Origin: Klebsiella phage ZCKP1
Length of the DNA: 64,000 bases
Sequence record: MH252123.1
Strand: one strand, 5' to 3'
This document shows positions 1 through 9,825 of this stretch, piece by piece (within the stretch, counting starts at the first letter, position 1; every line of letters begins with the position of its first letter). A program made the position numbers and the translations under genes. Under the pieces are notes generated by a model, which saw only the letters and a list, made by a program, of their open reading frames with translations, ran no database searches and was not told the DNA's origin.

Positions 1-1
1 T

Positions 2-128
2 GGTTTTGGGTTGTATGCCTTATACAAAAAACTTAATCCCCAAAATGCATTACCTGTTTTGGATTCGAGCAATATTCCTGCACTTACTGTTTTGACAATG
101 GCAAACATTAGTGTGGACGTTACCGAGT
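2..128 (+). CDS. 3' end of an upstream gene (partial), probably structural
   Basis: The frame is open from the window start to TAA at 126-128. It sits immediately upstream of the tail fibre operon. Confidence 0.3.
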
Positions 129-138
129 AAGGGGTAAA

Positions 139-2292
139 ATGAAACAAGCTATATTTACTGTCACGCGAGACAAGAGAGTAAATGCGAGTTCATTTAACTA
201 CACGACTGTTGATGGAACAGCAGTCGCTGGTAGAGATTATATTGCAAAATCGGGAACACTTGTGTTCCCTGATGATGCTGATTCTGCTACTATTGTGGTT
301 GAAGTATTTGAACGACCAAAGAACTCAATAGATCTTAACTTCTCCCTCCAAGTTTCAGGGATTAGTCAAAATAACATGATGGTTGAAACAACCATCAATT
401 GTATTATAACTACTATCCAAGAAAATACTACTCCAATAACTTGGACTACAAAAGACGTTAAAATGTTCTCTCCTATGTATTGGACAATAGATTCTCAAGC
501 AACGGAAAGTTGTTCTATTGTATCTCATGGAGACTCTTTTACTGCAAGATTTGTAAACAGAACAACAGCAGGTTTGGCAGGGGTTATCTGGAGCACAGTT
601 GACAAATATGACCATAAAGGTGTTGGGTATTTGCCTCACACAGATTTAAGTTCAGAGAAACTTTGGTTTAAAATGGAAATTAGTCAAAACATGCCAGGTT
701 TTAAAGAAGAACCTTTGGTGCCGACTTTGACTGTAACTCTCCTGGATAAAAGTGTTCATTATGTCAGTTTAGGATTCTACGCTTCAGATATTTCAGAAGA
801 TGGTAAAACAGCTACAATCAAGTTAGATTTTGGTAATATCTTTTCTGGCCCTAATAATGATATTCCTTTGGATATGAGTGCTGTAGATAATATTTTCTTC
901 TCTTTGATTACAGCAAGGTATGAAGAAATAGAAGAGGTTGTACCTATTGACAGTCAAGAGGCTTGGTTTACTTTCACTCTTCTTGAACCTACCTCTGGTT
1001 ACAGTATGATGAAAGTCAGCAACCTTGTCCAGCCTGAACATGATATTCGCATGTGCACATCTTATGATGATATGTATAACCTGACTCCAGAGAGAGTTAT
1101 TTATAATACATATGCACTAGGTTATCGTGGGATGATTAACCATTACAATGGAATGTCTCACTATTATGAGTTCTCATGGAACGGAACATCTTGGGCTTTA
1201 AATAGATCTGTCTTCCTGAATCCAGCTACAGAAGCTTGGCTTAACAGTTTCCATTCTATAGCTAATGAAAATGGCTACACAATAATGAACTCTTTGAGTT
1301 TTGAGTTGATGAGCACAGTTTGTCCTGTAGAATGGGTCCAGCATGATTGGAACGATGCTCTTGCAGCAACAGGGTATGAACCTCCTAGTTATGTGTTGTC
1401 TCCAACTATTGACGAAGGTATGGAATATTTGCAAAATGTTATTAATAAAATAGCATCTATTTCGCAAGCTAATAATATTCCAGTTGTCATTCAAATTGGT
1501 GAGCCTTGGTGGTGGTATAATACAGCAAGTAAAATGCCTTGCATATATGATTACACTACCAAACTGGCATTCAACACAGAAACAGGTTTATTTGCACAAG
1601 ATGCAGGAACAATAGATAATTATAAAACAGGAACGCCGTTTGACGAATACTATGCATTTTTGTCTCGTAAACTAGGATTAAGAGTTACAAAGTTTGCAAC
1701 AGATACTAGAGCAACTTACCCAGGAGCCAAGGTAACATTGCTTCCGTTCTTACCGTCAATTATTGGCAACGGTTTGATGGAGAAAGTTAACTTTCCGTCT
1801 GATTACTACATTCCTGAAACTTTTGATTTTTACTGTTCAGAGTGTTACGACTGGCTTCTGGAAGGTAAAATGATGAAAGCATTCGATGCAATTACCATAC
1901 CACATGAAAAATTAGGTTTTGAATATTCTAATATTCACTATCTTTCGGGTTTTGTTCCAGATGCTACTCTTGCACCTTTGTATGGCTTCAGTCCTGAATC
2001 AAACTACCGCACGTATCTTTGGAAAATGATTATAGGTAATATAGTGTTGAACGCCAATAAGTTCAATGGGCTTACACAATATATATGGGCCTATCCTCAA
2101 ATAATGCATGATTCCATCACGGTAGTTAATTCTCAATCCCAAGTTTTCTATATGGGTAATGTGCCTTTGAATTGTTATTTACAGGATATCACTCTTAAAC
2201 AGGTAAATGTTGAGATTGCCACCATAAGTGGAATTACATTAGCCACTAAATCTGGAGAAGATTTAGTAACAACACAAAAATTTTATATATAG
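139..2292 (+). CDS. tail fibre/tailspike protein with an N-terminal Calx-beta-like domain
   Basis: 717 aa with an RBS GGGG 6 nt upstream. The N-terminal segment (TVDGTAVAGRDYIAKSGTLVFPDDADSATIVVEVFER) matches the Calx-beta motif. It lies in the tail fibre gene cluster. Confidence 0.55.
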   Translation: MKQAIFTVTRDKRVNASSFNYTTVDGTAVAGRDYIAKSGTLVFPDDADSATIVVEVFERPKNSIDLNFSLQVSGISQNNMMVETTINCIITTIQENTTPITWTTKDVKMFSPMYWTIDSQATESCSIVSHGDSFTARFVNRTTAGLAGVIWSTVDKYDHKGVGYLPHTDLSSEKLWFKMEISQNMPGFKEEPLVPTLTVTLLDKSVHYVSLGFYASDISEDGKTATIKLDFGNIFSGPNNDIPLDMSAVDNIFFSLITARYEEIEEVVPIDSQEAWFTFTLLEPTSGYSMMKVSNLVQPEHDIRMCTSYDDMYNLTPERVIYNTYALGYRGMINHYNGMSHYYEFSWNGTSWALNRSVFLNPATEAWLNSFHSIANENGYTIMNSLSFELMSTVCPVEWVQHDWNDALAATGYEPPSYVLSPTIDEGMEYLQNVINKIASISQANNIPVVIQIGEPWWWYNTASKMPCIYDYTTKLAFNTETGLFAQDAGTIDNYKTGTPFDEYYAFLSRKLGLRVTKFATDTRATYPGAKVTLLPFLPSIIGNGLMEKVNFPSDYYIPETFDFYCSECYDWLLEGKMMKAFDAITIPHEKLGFEYSNIHYLSGFVPDATLAPLYGFSPESNYRTYLWKMIIGNIVLNANKFNGLTQYIWAYPQIMHDSITVVNSQSQVFYMGNVPLNCYLQDITLKQVNVEIATISGITLATKSGEDLVTTQKFYI

Positions 2293-2300
2293 GAGTAAAA

Positions 2301-4538
2301 ATGTCAACTACAATTACTAATTTACCCGAAACATCAAAAGTTAATGGTTCAGATTACCTGGTTTTAGATCAACCTGATAAAACTGTTAAAAGCACAGTTT
2401 CCAACTTTCTTACTGACACTGGGGTGGTTTTAGCCACCCAGTTGAAAGATACAGATGGAGCAGATTTAATACAATCCTCAAATGGTAATACTGTTCAGGA
2501 AGAGTTGAATAACAATCTTCTTAATGATCGTGAACAGTGGCGTCGTAGTCTTGCTGAAGCGGGGTTAACACTTGTTGATGGTAGCTTTGAGGATGGTGCT
2601 ACATTAAATAATAATACTGATGCTGTTTGGTATATTGCAGGTGGACAGTGCTATACATGGGGTGGTGCTTTCCCTAAAGCTGTTCCCGCTGACTCAACCC
2701 CTACATCAACCGGTGGTATTGGTCTGGGTGCGTGGGTTAGCGTTGGAGATGCAACGCTTAGGCGGGAGTTAGCGTCAATTACTGGTCAGTTACTCGTAGG
2801 TTCTGCACGCCATCTGGACGACCTGCGCGGTATATTTCCTGGGGTCAGCAGCAGAATAAAAACGCTGGGGGCACTGGCTGCATATGATGGCGGAGGAGAC
2901 ACTTGGGTATTTGACCCGTCAGATATGAGCAGTCTGGTATCCCTCTACCCTAAAATATTTATCGCACCAACAACAGACCCATCAGGGGCTTCTGGGGCAT
3001 GGAAACTAGCATGGAATATGAAAGGCATTAATGCCTCTGCATACGGGATAGGGTTGAGCAAATCTTACTCACATGACACTGAAGCCCTACAGCAACTTGG
3101 TGACTGGAATAAAGCGATTCAGTGGATAAACCTTCCATCAGAGATGTATATCACTGAACTTAACTATACAGAAAACCCAAAATTTTATGGAATTGCTGGC
3201 GCAAATAGCGACCTGTCAGATACGCGCGGGATGGGATCCCGTGAGCATGGTTCTATTATTTATGCCAGAGATGCTGATTCTTCTAATCCAGTTATACACA
3301 TACATGGCAACCCTGGAACTGATAGACTTGGTGGTGTAGATATTTGCTATGTTTCTGTAGTAAGTGTCGATTTGATAGAAAACAGAAATTTAACCATTAA
3401 ACCGGAATTAAACCAAAGAAGCACAAGAACAGCTGTATTCCTGGAATATATAGCCTCAAAAACAAACATACAAGGTCTTGGAATTTTCGGCTTTAAAAAG
3501 TGCCTGTATGGGAATGAGGTTTGGGATGGTTCAATCCGCGATTTGGCTATAAGCATCGGGTCTGATGAAAATGGAACCGAACCAGCCGTGTTTTTTGGTT
3601 CATATGGTTCAGACAATTCTAACAACTTGACTATAGACACATTCCGTATTGAGCACTGCCCATACTCCCTTGAGGTTGATTTTGTAGACCACGTAAGATT
3701 TGTTAATGGCAAGATTGAAACGTATAGAAAACCGGATGCTACACATCATGTTGTTAAAGTTGGCAGCAAGGCAGAGAGGTATCTATTCTCAGGTGTGATG
3801 TTTGTAACCAACCCAACTACAGAAACCCCTTATCTGTATGAGCAAGGCAAGCAGGGTACTTATTCATCTTGCTGGATGACAGTAGGGGGAATCGCTGGCA
3901 ATTATCCAGGTGTTCGTTGGATTTACAGGGACCCAACCGGAACATCAGTAGTCAAGTTTATGGGCATGACAATAAACGGCCCAATGCAAGCTGATGGTAC
4001 GGATCCTACTGCATATCCTATCTACCTTGCCAGTTATGACGAGTTTGGTGGAACCATTAACTGCTACGATTCTTTTACCGTTAATGGCTCGGTAGTTAAC
4101 CCATCATATCAGGGGTTGATTTGCATGAACACCGGGACAAAGATGGGTAAACTGCACATAAACACCAACAACATAACAAAAACAGCGGGGACTGTATTTT
4201 ATGCAAGAGGGGGTGATTATGACATTGGCAAGCCAACACTAGCCGGTGCACCACATAGTCTGCTTGCTGGCGTTAAGAATGATATCAGAAAAATGATAAC
4301 CTCTGCGTCTGATATAGAAATATACCGACGCGAGACTATTTTATTAAGTCCAGGGACAACATTGAACTCAATGACGGGATTTGAGGGGCAGGTTATCCGC
4401 GTTATGACATTTGGCACCGGATGCATAATAAAACATTCAGGTCGGATAAATAACTCATCAGGCACTGATATTTCAATGACAGCAAATACGGTTTACACAT
4501 ATATGATGCTGACCGGCACAACTGCAAAACAAATTTAA
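2301..4538 (+). CDS. tailspike protein
   Basis: 745 aa. The N-terminal anchor-like segment (TITNLPETSKVNGSDYLVLD) is typical of phage tailspikes. It shares the W-G-FPK-VPA-STP-TTGGI motif with the ORF at 12944 and has a beta-rich, Asn/Gly-rich body. Confidence 0.7.
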   Translation: MSTTITNLPETSKVNGSDYLVLDQPDKTVKSTVSNFLTDTGVVLATQLKDTDGADLIQSSNGNTVQEELNNNLLNDREQWRRSLAEAGLTLVDGSFEDGATLNNNTDAVWYIAGGQCYTWGGAFPKAVPADSTPTSTGGIGLGAWVSVGDATLRRELASITGQLLVGSARHLDDLRGIFPGVSSRIKTLGALAAYDGGGDTWVFDPSDMSSLVSLYPKIFIAPTTDPSGASGAWKLAWNMKGINASAYGIGLSKSYSHDTEALQQLGDWNKAIQWINLPSEMYITELNYTENPKFYGIAGANSDLSDTRGMGSREHGSIIYARDADSSNPVIHIHGNPGTDRLGGVDICYVSVVSVDLIENRNLTIKPELNQRSTRTAVFLEYIASKTNIQGLGIFGFKKCLYGNEVWDGSIRDLAISIGSDENGTEPAVFFGSYGSDNSNNLTIDTFRIEHCPYSLEVDFVDHVRFVNGKIETYRKPDATHHVVKVGSKAERYLFSGVMFVTNPTTETPYLYEQGKQGTYSSCWMTVGGIAGNYPGVRWIYRDPTGTSVVKFMGMTINGPMQADGTDPTAYPIYLASYDEFGGTINCYDSFTVNGSVVNPSYQGLICMNTGTKMGKLHINTNNITKTAGTVFYARGGDYDIGKPTLAGAPHSLLAGVKNDIRKMITSASDIEIYRRETILLSPGTTLNSMTGFEGQVIRVMTFGTGCIIKHSGRINNSSGTDISMTANTVYTYMMLTGTTAKQI

Positions 4539-4549
4539 TGAGGTGAACT

Positions 4550-4840
4550 ATGTCATTTAAATTAGCAAAAACATTCACGGCCAATCTGACAACAGATACG
4601 GGTATGAATCTTGGACAAGAGCAGGTTACGGTAGATGTAACCTGTACCATCGCCATGATTACCATTACCCCTGACGGTACAGCCAGGGCTACTATTACGT
4701 CATCGGTAGGTGACGGCACGCCTGTCCAGACAGATATTTTTGAGTTCAGCTACTCAATGTCATCTGGTGTCGGTATATATGAACAAGCATTGGCAGAGAT
4801 ACTGGCGAGTGAGAAGTATACAGGGGCTGTTGCTGGATAA
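4550..4840 (+). CDS. hypothetical protein (late/structural operon)
   Basis: 96 aa ORF with RBS GAGG, located in the structural operon. Confidence 0.4.
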   Translation: MSFKLAKTFTANLTTDTGMNLGQEQVTVDVTCTIAMITITPDGTARATITSSVGDGTPVQTDIFEFSYSMSSGVGIYEQALAEILASEKYTGAVAG

Positions 4841-4857
4841 AAAAGGTGAGCGAGTCT

Positions 4858-5016
4858 ATGGGCGACCTTAGTACCCGACTTAAACGGGTAGAGGAGAGCA
4901 TCACTAAGTCTGAACCTACCATCGAAGAGTTCATTACCATTAAACATAAAGTTGCTGGTGCTGGAATTTTTGGCAAGTGGGCATGGGCTGTAGCAGGTGC
5001 AAATGGGCTTCATTAA
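4858..5016 (+). CDS. small hypothetical protein (52 aa, hydrophobic C-terminus)
   Basis: ATG with RBS AAGGTGA. It is below the 60-aa cutoff of the ORF track and has a G/A-rich hydrophobic tail. Confidence 0.3.
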   Translation: MGDLSTRLKRVEESITKSEPTIEEFITIKHKVAGAGIFGKWAWAVAGANGLH

Positions 5017-5193
5017 GGTTCACACAAGCTATGTCCTGCAAGCGCATGTCATCGCCATGTGATAAAATGATGAAAACATATCGTAGCAGGGTTAATCTTG
5101 TCTTTAGTTACTATCGTACTAACTCAAAGTGTTGTCACTACCACTGCAAGCCCCTCCAAAGAGGGGCTTACTTAGAAAAACAAAGAGGTTGTT

Positions 5194-5502
5194 ATGAACG
5201 AAATGTTCTCCCAAGGTGGTAAAGGTTCAACCGGAATCTTAACCAATAAACAAGCAGTAGCCCGTCACTTTGGAGTTAAACAATCTGAGGTTGTTTACTT
5301 CTCAGTTGGTGTGGATTTGGGTGGGTATAAGGTTATCTATGACAAGGAGACGCAAAGGGCGTATTCCCTACCTGCTGATATTGCCCCAGGTACTACTGCC
5401 ATTAGTCTTAGTGCTGCTGTACTTGTGCATTCAGCGGGTTCTGTAGACCTTGGGGAATTAGCTGTATATCGTGATTTAAAAAGTAATGAGAACGCACCAT
5501 GA
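5194..5502 (+). CDS. hypothetical protein
   Basis: 102 aa with RBS AAAGAGG, preceded by a stem-loop at about 5146-5169. Confidence 0.4.
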   Translation: MNEMFSQGGKGSTGILTNKQAVARHFGVKQSEVVYFSVGVDLGGYKVIYDKETQRAYSLPADIAPGTTAISLSAAVLVHSAGSVDLGELAVYRDLKSNENAP

Positions 5503-5741
5503 GAAAGTTTTTAATCGGAATGTTTTGTACTTATCCAAACAACAAAATCAGTTCTACTAAAGTGTGGAACGCACTGGGAATGCTAACCATGACAGGCATG
5601 TTTATCTTTTTAGGAATAGAAAAAGAAATTCCTGAATGGATGGGTTGGGCTTTTGTTTTCATGATAACTCCTTCTCGCCTCATGAAAAATCTTATTGATT
5701 TACGCTGGGGCAGATCACAATCTACCAAAGAGGATGACTAA
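5499..5741 (+). CDS. small membrane protein
   Basis: 80 aa with two hydrophobic helices. Its ATGA start overlaps the previous stop. Confidence 0.4.
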   Translation: MRKFLIGMFCTYPNNKISSTKVWNALGMLTMTGMFIFLGIEKEIPEWMGWAFVFMITPSRLMKNLIDLRWGRSQSTKEDD

Positions 5742-7228
5742 TGGACGAATATGGTTTGACAGATGCGGGATTTGTAATCCCGACTTTTGATGATGTTTTA
5801 AACAACTACATGACAGCAGTAAAAAACACATTTGGTGCAGATGCAGCCACTTCGGAAGATACTGTGATCGGACAACTGTTTAGAATAATTGCATACACAG
5901 ATTACACATTGTGGGAAGGTATGCAAGGGGTTTATAATACTCAAACACTGGATGGTGCAGAAGGTATTTATCTTGATGAAATCTTTTCTAAACGTGGTTT
6001 CTATCGAGCAGGGGCGGCAGCAAGTACAGGTTATGCATATGTTAAAAGTAATAACAAAGCAGCTTGGACTTACGAGTTAGGCACAGATATTTACTTCAAC
6101 TCTGATAGCGATATGAACTACTATGTTAGCACACCAACTATGTTGAATGCTAAGATTGCAGCTTATCAAATTTCTCGTGCTAATGCAACTGCTACAGGTG
6201 TTCCAAATATTACCTTTTATGCACAAAGTGCGATAGATGGAGGACTAAACAGTAAAACACTTGCACCTGGTTCTTCTACATTTATAGCCGATCTTGAAAC
6301 TTTTATCAAGGCAAACTTAACAGAGGCTGATCGTAGTCTTGTATTTTCTGATTCTGGTAACTTGTCAATTGGTTTTACTTCTTTAACCAGTGATACTCCA
6401 GTGGGACTAGTAACTCCTATCAAATTTTATGCTAGTGTTCCAGTTGGAACCAAATGGAGTGAAATTCCGGTAGTTGCAGCAGAGAAAGGATACAATCCGG
6501 TGGGTGTGGAGTCTATTACAGGGATATCTTCTACCTTTACAGGTTATCTTGATAGTGGTAACTTCTATTCGTTTTCTCCTGGTCGAGATGTTGAGACAGA
6601 TGCAGAATTCCGCTCTCGTTTCAATGACAACGTTGATGAAGCTAACGCAGGGACACGAGCAGCTATTGTGAAAGCACTGTTGCTTACCGATGGTGTTACC
6701 AAGGTGAAGATTTATGATAACCCTACGTTACATGATCAAGAACACGCTCCAGCTATGACTTTCCAGACTATAGTTTATGGAGGGAGTGCTGAAGAAGTTG
6801 CTGAAGTTATTTACAAAACTAAACCAATCAACAGTTTGACACATGGAACAACCAACATAACTGTTACAACAGAAGACGGAGGACAAGAAATTATTCGTTT
6901 TTCTCCTGGTGCTTCTGCTACGTATTCCGTAAAACTTGTTTATCAAACTGTCAACGGAACAACTTTAAGTGGAACAGAAAAACAAAACATTGTAGAAGCT
7001 TTACAAAACCTGCAAGCTTACTTTGAATTAGGTTCTTCAGTAACGAACGATCAAATCAAAGGTGTTATTTATGCAGCACTTGCTTTTGGACGCTTGACTT
7101 CTCTTCGTGTTTATGTTAAACTTAATACTGAGGATGACAGTAAATATACAGAGAATAATATAGTTCCTGCTTATAATGTTGTCCCTTCTTTTGACCTTGA
7201 TAATATTTCTTACGAGTATGGAGTGTAA
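5741..7228 (+). CDS. baseplate protein (Baseplate J-like, putative)
   Basis: 495 aa. It is the first gene of a J-I-H-G-like order (baseplate, small baseplate, tail fibre, Tfa). Confidence 0.45.
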   Translation: MDEYGLTDAGFVIPTFDDVLNNYMTAVKNTFGADAATSEDTVIGQLFRIIAYTDYTLWEGMQGVYNTQTLDGAEGIYLDEIFSKRGFYRAGAAASTGYAYVKSNNKAAWTYELGTDIYFNSDSDMNYYVSTPTMLNAKIAAYQISRANATATGVPNITFYAQSAIDGGLNSKTLAPGSSTFIADLETFIKANLTEADRSLVFSDSGNLSIGFTSLTSDTPVGLVTPIKFYASVPVGTKWSEIPVVAAEKGYNPVGVESITGISSTFTGYLDSGNFYSFSPGRDVETDAEFRSRFNDNVDEANAGTRAAIVKALLLTDGVTKVKIYDNPTLHDQEHAPAMTFQTIVYGGSAEEVAEVIYKTKPINSLTHGTTNITVTTEDGGQEIIRFSPGASATYSVKLVYQTVNGTTLSGTEKQNIVEALQNLQAYFELGSSVTNDQIKGVIYAALAFGRLTSLRVYVKLNTEDDSKYTENNIVPAYNVVPSFDLDNISYEYGV

Positions 7229-7230
7229 AA

Positions 7231-7860
7231 ATGGCAGTGAGTGTTGACCATGTAACAACTTGGGCCAGTATCAATGAAGATGTTAAAAACCTTCTGATTG
7301 AAGATTTTAAATCTTCTCCTAACATTGTCAAGCTCCTCTACATCGTATCCAGTGAAAAGCAAAAGATAGATCAGGCAATGATCTATCTTGCTAAACACCG
7401 CTTGATCTCTACAGCCACAGGCAAATACCTAGATATTCTAGGGGAAGAAATGGGGATCGAACGTAATGGCTCTGATGATGAAGAGTATAGAACAATATTA
7501 AAAATCAGGGCTTACCGCGTAGCCTCCTCTGGGACTCGTGGTGACATAATTGATATCTTCGCCCGTTTCACAGGAACAGAGCGTGAAACGCTTAATACTT
7601 ACGTAGGTTTGAATAAAACCTTTGATGTGTTTTTCTACAACCTGTGTCTTCAATCTGATCAAGCTTTAGAGCAGTTGCTAAGTGTTTTCCCTATTATTAG
7701 TAGCTACCGTCTTGGAGCAAAAGCAGGATCAGCTTTTGGTTTTAGTTCTTATTATGCTACCAAACCGCCTCATGGTATTGGTGGTTTAGGTTCCCTGTAC
7801 ATGGAATCTACTGGGGATGAAACAGGACGCATGTGTACGCTTCTCAAGCAAATAGATTAA
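7231..7860 (+). CDS. baseplate/tail protein (gpI-like, putative)
   Basis: 209 aa. Its position between the J-like protein and the tail fibre gene supports the call. Confidence 0.4.
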   Translation: MAVSVDHVTTWASINEDVKNLLIEDFKSSPNIVKLLYIVSSEKQKIDQAMIYLAKHRLISTATGKYLDILGEEMGIERNGSDDEEYRTILKIRAYRVASSGTRGDIIDIFARFTGTERETLNTYVGLNKTFDVFFYNLCLQSDQALEQLLSVFPIISSYRLGAKAGSAFGFSSYYATKPPHGIGGLGSLYMESTGDETGRMCTLLKQID

Positions 7861-7869
7861 GGAGTTTAA

Positions 7870-8931
7870 ATGGCGAAGCCAATATATTATCCTGACTGGG
7901 CTACACAAACTGTAACGCTCCCAGGAACTTTAAACACAAACAAAATTAGACCTAAAGAAACCATCCGCACAGTTGGTATGGATTATGGTCAAATCATGAC
8001 TTGCGAAGAAATGAACTGGATTCTTAATAATATCGGTTTATGGATTCGCTATTTGGTGGATGACTTTCTTCCAACTTTACCTGATACTTACTTGCCTTTA
8101 GTTGGAACTAAGATTACAATGGCAGGTGATGCTACTGGTGAGGCTACTTGGAACGGTGATAAAGAAGTTATTTTATCTATCCAAGTTCAAGATAATAGTC
8201 ATAATCACTTGTCGGCAAACATTACAGATGCTACTAGTTCAATAGTAACACCAAATGTGTTGGTAAAACGTGATGCAGGTGGTGCTATTTATGGTGGTGA
8301 TGTTTATGTTAATGGTACTTCCACAACAGATCCTGCAACCCTGTTTTTCAAGAACTTTGCAGGACAGACTAATGGTGAGATTTCTGCCGAATACCAAAGT
8401 GGAGGTCAGCTTTATATTTATCGTAGAAATCCTAGCACAGGTAGTGTAGCCGCAGGTGTTCGTTTATATGATGCAGGTTATGTTCTAATAGACAATCCAA
8501 GATCAAACAATGGACAAGACACTTCTAACGGAAATGCCTTGGTTCGCTTAGATTATCTGAATTCTCGTTTGACTTCTCTTCAGAACACATTGCAAACGAA
8601 TATTAATACTGTTCAAAACAACCTGAATAGTGTTAACAGCAACCTCTCTTCCCGTATAAACAATGTAGAAAGTAATCATCAAAGTCAGATTACAAATAAC
8701 TACAACTATGCTAATGGAACCTTTGTAAGAGATATTCGTTACACTAGCCAAGGTGTGTATTATCCACCAGGGAACGAAGTTTCTTGGACTTATATCTGTT
8801 CTTCTGGTTATGTTCTTTCTGGTATTATTGTTCAGGAAACAGGTCGTAGTTCTGCGGATAACATTGGTGGGGTTTACTTCAAACGCCTCCAGCGCAACGT
8901 TAACGGAAACTGGTACGATATTGGAGGCTAA
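7870..8931 (+). CDS. tail fibre protein
   Basis: 353 aa with an Asn/Ser/Thr-rich coiled-coil-like segment (NSRLTSLQNTLQTNINTVQNNLNSV). It is directly followed by a Tfa chaperone gene. Confidence 0.65.
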   Translation: MAKPIYYPDWATQTVTLPGTLNTNKIRPKETIRTVGMDYGQIMTCEEMNWILNNIGLWIRYLVDDFLPTLPDTYLPLVGTKITMAGDATGEATWNGDKEVILSIQVQDNSHNHLSANITDATSSIVTPNVLVKRDAGGAIYGGDVYVNGTSTTDPATLFFKNFAGQTNGEISAEYQSGGQLYIYRRNPSTGSVAAGVRLYDAGYVLIDNPRSNNGQDTSNGNALVRLDYLNSRLTSLQNTLQTNINTVQNNLNSVNSNLSSRINNVESNHQSQITNNYNYANGTFVRDIRYTSQGVYYPPGNEVSWTYICSSGYVLSGIIVQETGRSSADNIGGVYFKRLQRNVNGNWYDIGG

Positions 8932-9477
8932 ATGATATTTACAAATTTTAAAAAGTATATTCCTGAAGACCCTGAACTAAAAGAATTGGTAGAAGTAGAG
9001 AACATTCTTTTCCTTCGTTGTGATCAAGGTTACGATTGGTATGATTTACGTAGCACAGAATTCAATAACGATAAAATGAAAGTCGTTTTTGATGATCAAA
9101 ATCGTATTGTGTTTTGGAATACTGATCCTACACTACTTTGCCCTGAAGATCTTTCTATAGCACAAGTAGACTTTAATATAGATACTTTTGAGGATATTAG
9201 GAACAAGGTTTTGGATTTAGAAACCTTAACTCTTAAGGATAAAGAGTATTCCCGTGAAGAGTTGATGACACAAGCTAGTGCAAAGATTCGCTCTTTACAA
9301 GAGACAGCGGTAGCACTTATAACACCTTTACAATATGCTAAAGATTTAGAAATGGCTACTGAAGATGAATTAGCTTATCTTAAAAATCTTCAAGTTTATG
9401 TGGTTAAACTAAACCGTGTTCCGCTTCAAAAAAACTATCCTTACACTATAGATTGGCCTACATTACCGACGGAATAA
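8932..9477 (+). CDS. tfa: tail fibre assembly protein (Tfa / Caudo_TAP family)
   Basis: The C-terminus (PLQYAKDLEMATEDELAYLKNLQVYVVKLNRVPLQKNYPYTIDWPTLP) closely parallels the lambda Tfa C-terminus. Its TAAATG start overlaps the tail fibre stop. Confidence 0.8.
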   Translation: MIFTNFKKYIPEDPELKELVEVENILFLRCDQGYDWYDLRSTEFNNDKMKVVFDDQNRIVFWNTDPTLLCPEDLSIAQVDFNIDTFEDIRNKVLDLETLTLKDKEYSREELMTQASAKIRSLQETAVALITPLQYAKDLEMATEDELAYLKNLQVYVVKLNRVPLQKNYPYTIDWPTLPTE

Positions 9478-9486
9478 GGGATCACT

Positions 9487-9822
9487 ATGGAATTTCAAGA
9501 AGCATGGGGACTTGCAAAGGATGCAATCATCCCTTTAATCGGAGTCATCTGGTTCTTTTTCAAACAAAAAATGGATAAATTCGGCTCTGATCTTGAGGAA
9601 ATGGAGGAGAAAAGTCGAGAGCTAGAGAAGAAGTTGGTCTTTGTTGAATCAACTTATGCAACTAAAGCCGAACTTACCCAGATGCTAAATCAAATTAACT
9701 CTACATTAATGGCAAATAATAACACTCTTGAGCAAAAGATTGAAAAGATTATGGACCTCAAGAATGCTACTATTCAAATGATGCTAGATGACATAGTTAA
9801 ACGTACACAGAATAAGGGGTAA
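9487..9822 (+). CDS. hypothetical membrane-anchored coiled-coil protein
   Basis: 111 aa with an N-terminal TM segment (IIPLIGVIWFFF) followed by a charged helical region. Confidence 0.4.
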   Translation: MEFQEAWGLAKDAIIPLIGVIWFFFKQKMDKFGSDLEEMEEKSRELEKKLVFVESTYATKAELTQMLNQINSTLMANNNTLEQKIEKIMDLKNATIQMMLDDIVKRTQNKG

Positions 9823-9825
9823 TTA

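Noticed and set aside
4977-5222. Cys-rich 81-aa + ORF
   Set aside because: It overlaps a better small ORF (4858-5016) and a stem-loop, has no RBS and an odd composition. It is likely spurious.
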